Source: Antedon mediterranea
Lineage: Eukaryota; Animalia; Echinodermata
Length of the DNA: 64,000 nt
Reading direction: 5' to 3'
Assembly: GCF_964355755.1 (NCBI RefSeq)
Contig: NC_092671.1
Location: 22,890,070-22,954,069 of the forward strand
Below are positions 61,285-64,000 of this stretch, piece by piece. The position numbers were made by a program, and so were the translations under genes. Numbering within the stretch: the stretch's first letter is position 1; each line of letters starts with the position of its first letter. The notes beneath the pieces are model-generated. The model saw nothing but the letters and a program-made list of their open reading frames with translations. It did not search any database and was not told where the DNA came from.

Positions 61285-61744
61285 TTTAAACACACGTGTG
61301 AAAGAGACAGCAAAGCGCAGGCGATTTAAACAAAACAACTTAGGTCAATCAAAAACTTCCGGAATTTGAATTGCGTTGTGGGTAATGATGACGTGATTTT
61401 AAAAACCGATCACCTGAATAACCGATTAAAGTAGTAGCAATTTTCAATTGCAACGCGATTATTTTTGTGGTTTTCGGTGGCTGGAAAAAAAATCGATTAT
61501 TTTGATTTTTTCAGCAAAAACAGACCCCAAGATTAGAAAAAAAAATCATGTATGTATGCAGTCATATTTTATTTATCCATCATATATCATTCGAAAAGAC
61601 AGTGCTAAACTCTGGACATAAAGTAGAGTTTGTGACTGTCATGCACTATTTGGTTGATTTATGAACGTAGATCAAAAATCAATCTTGAACAATAAACAAT
61701 ATATTCGAATAAATACTGTATAAACTACTAATAAATAACCTTAC

Positions 61745-61849
61745 CTTTTTTCAGTTTTGAAAACCTGCAAGCGTACTCTAACACCATTTTGTGCCACACG
61801 ATTGTAACAACTCTTAGAACACTTGCACTTTGAATTGCACTCAAAAATT
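61745..61849 (-). CDS. SETDB1: SETDB1 exon, end of pre-SET into SET (105 nt, phase 2 to 2)
   Basis: Acceptor tactttttcAG|AATTTTTGAG and donor AAAG|GTAAGG. Encodes IFECNSKCKCSKSCYNRVAQNGVRVRLQVFKTEK(R) and splices in frame to 40949. It is absent from the ORF track. Confidence 0.96.
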
Positions 61850-62137
61850 CTGAAAAAGTAGGATGCAAGACTTTCATTGTATTGTTTCTAATACTACATC
61901 ACTGTAGAATTTTTAAATATCAAGTAAGAAGAAAATCATAACGAAGCCCTAGTGATCTTTAATATATTAGGTCTCTTCCAGATACTGTACAGATTTAGTG
62001 TAGGTATTCATAGTTTCTGAAAGTCATTTATCTTTTTCAAATCATACAGATTGAGTGAAGGATTAAACAAATCGTCTCTAGTCTTAGGGGCACAATTATT
62101 TAATAGAGTAATTAAAAATGATAATAATAATCAATAT

Positions 62138-62400
62138 TTTTTTATTGTGGCTAATGTGGCCAAGGATTACCAATAGTAAACTAATCACTGTCCTAATCCT
62201 CCTAACTCCTAATACAGGGGCTATTTTGTGAACCAGTACACCGGGGGCAACCCCCTCCTCTTCTCGAAGAATGAACTGGGTTCTATAAAGTGCACACATG
62301 TTATAACTGTGTACACTGGACCTACGGTTTATAGTCCTTATTCGAGAAGATTTGTTCTACCACCAGAACTAGGAGCGAGTCGGCCTCGAACCCTTGCCTT
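62138..62400 (-). mobile_element. Diverged Deu-domain SINE fragment (tail type C)
   Basis: Reverse strand GGCAAGGGTTCGAGGCCGACTCGCTCC..GGACTATAAACCGTAGGTCCAGTGTACAC..CCCCCGGTGTACT followed by an unrelated tail. Confidence 0.8.
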
Positions 62401-62420
62401 TAGGTACGGTAAACCCTATT

Positions 62421-62750
62421 GAGTGAGTGGCCGAGCGGTTAAGACAGTGGAACCGTAATTACGTAGCCATAACATCGGCAAGGGTTCGAGGCTCACTCGC
62501 TCCATGGTTCTGGTGGTAGAAGGACTATAAACCGTAGGTCCAGTGTACACATAGCTCATGCGCACTTTAAAGAACCTAGTACATCTTTCGAGATGAGTAG
62601 GGGGTTACCCCGGTGTACTAGTCCACACAAACACAGCCACTGTCACACACAGCCACTGTGCAAATTGGGACTGGACCGTTTAGAGGTGTTTACCACCTGT
62701 TGGTCCAGATCCTTCACTAACTGAGTTAGTGAGAATTCGAATAAATAAAT
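62421..62750 (+). mobile_element. tRNA-derived Deu-domain SINE, near full length (tail type B)
   Basis: Same head and core as 43673 with a small internal deletion; tail shared with the 46712 copy. Confidence 0.9.
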
Positions 62751-64000
62751 ATTACAAATCCTATTATAAACCCTCCACAAATTTAATTCCCCGGCAAAGT
62801 TGTTAAATTGACTTTTAAATTAAACCAACTACGAATTAAATTGTGCGACAGTTACACCTCCTAGTTGATGACCACTATCCATCGCGTACGTCATACACTG
62901 CAATGTTTTCTGAAAATGGTATAGTCTGATAATTTCCACTAATATATTACAGTAGAGCAATATGATAAACATGTGCATGGACCACTGCGATAATATCGGA
63001 TAATTTATTTCCCCAAACAGAAAATGGTCTACACTGAGATATTTTTTGTGGTAAATTCCATATTTTTTGTAATACAGTATAAAAAGTACTGTATTTTTAT
63101 ACCATATTTTGAGCAGTTGCAGCAGATTTATTTTGTTAACTACTGTACCACGCACAGTCTGAAAATCACTCACTCCCCCTCTAGGAAGTGTAGACGATGG
63201 TTTTTAGAATGATAATGACTAATGAATAAATGGTTTTGGAAGGACGTTCTGGCCGTTTTTTGTCGGTTACCATTATTGAAATGTTTGATATTCGTAAAAC
63301 TAAACCTACTCTGTTTAAAAGTGTCTTAGATGATTAATAACATTTTAAAGTATAGTGATTATTGTTTGGTAGGGCCCTTGTAGGGCGGAGGTGGGGAGGC
63401 GGAGTTCATTTGAGGGAGGTGCTTATTCGAGGGATATGTTTAATTTGTTAGTAGGTATCCCAATGAAAAAATTCAGATTAATTTTTTTACATTTTCTTTC
63501 AGTTAACCATAAAGAACTTAATGTAATTAGCATTTTGCAATTTAAATGATTGAAATCCGATTACCCGTTCTAAAGTTATGGTTATTTAAAGTGGTAAAAA
63601 AATATACGATTTTTTGCCTAAAAATTGTGTTTTTTGCAGTTGAAATTGGAAGCATTTTTAAAAGGTTATAACTTTTACAATAATTAGTTAAAAGTTTTGA
63701 ATTTTGTTAAACCTATAGATATCACAGAGTTGTACAACTCTATTTTTTTTGGAGCCTCAACGAAACCTATTTTTTAAATTATTGGTCCGCAAAGTGGTAG
63801 GAAAGCATTTAACGCCCATTTTTGCTGGAATTCCCTAAAAAATGAAAAAACTGCAATTTTTCAATGATCTGTAACTTTTGAACTACGGTACTAATTCATT
63901 TAATTTTTTTTGTACTTGTTAGAATGTAGTGTATATTTCATTAATAAATATATTTTAGATTTATTTAATTTATAATAATTTTTTTAATGGTGAAATTTAA

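Noticed and set aside
63440-64000. Probable DNA-element interior at the window edge
   Set aside because: Repeat-like composition, but no termini or ORF are visible to classify it.

Overview
AT-rich eukaryotic (metazoan) genomic DNA, not prokaryotic. The Deu/Nin-domain SINE and the transposon set suggest a marine invertebrate, possibly a deuterostome; this is inference. The whole window appears to lie inside one minus-strand host gene, SETDB1/eggless (H3K9 methyltransferase). I can reconstruct six phase-compatible exons (61745-61849, 40807-40949, 34807-34888, 33266-33370, 25993-26067, 11853-12322; about 980 coding nt over about 50 kb) covering the end of pre-SET, the N-terminal half of the bifurcated SET domain and part of the SET insertion. 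The introns are filled with nested transposable elements: BEL/Pao, a Mag-type Gypsy, a young non-autonomous LTR element, a Rex1/Babar LINE with an open ORF, CR1/L2 and L1/Tx1 relics, Deu-domain tRNA SINEs, Sola2, probable Sola3, Kolobok (transposase + KolX), PIF/Harbinger, piggyBac/Kolobok/Harbinger/IS3EU-like MITEs, two canonical Helitrons and many DINE-1/HINE-like Helentron derivatives. Most short ORFs in the supplied track are spurious. The most interesting leads are a possible in-frame SETDB1-Harbinger splice fusion, a head-to-head Helitron pair, a coding-poor young LTR element with asymmetric LTR ends, SINE tail swapping, and stacked HINEs rich in CRE motifs. All calls were made by eye with no database searches.
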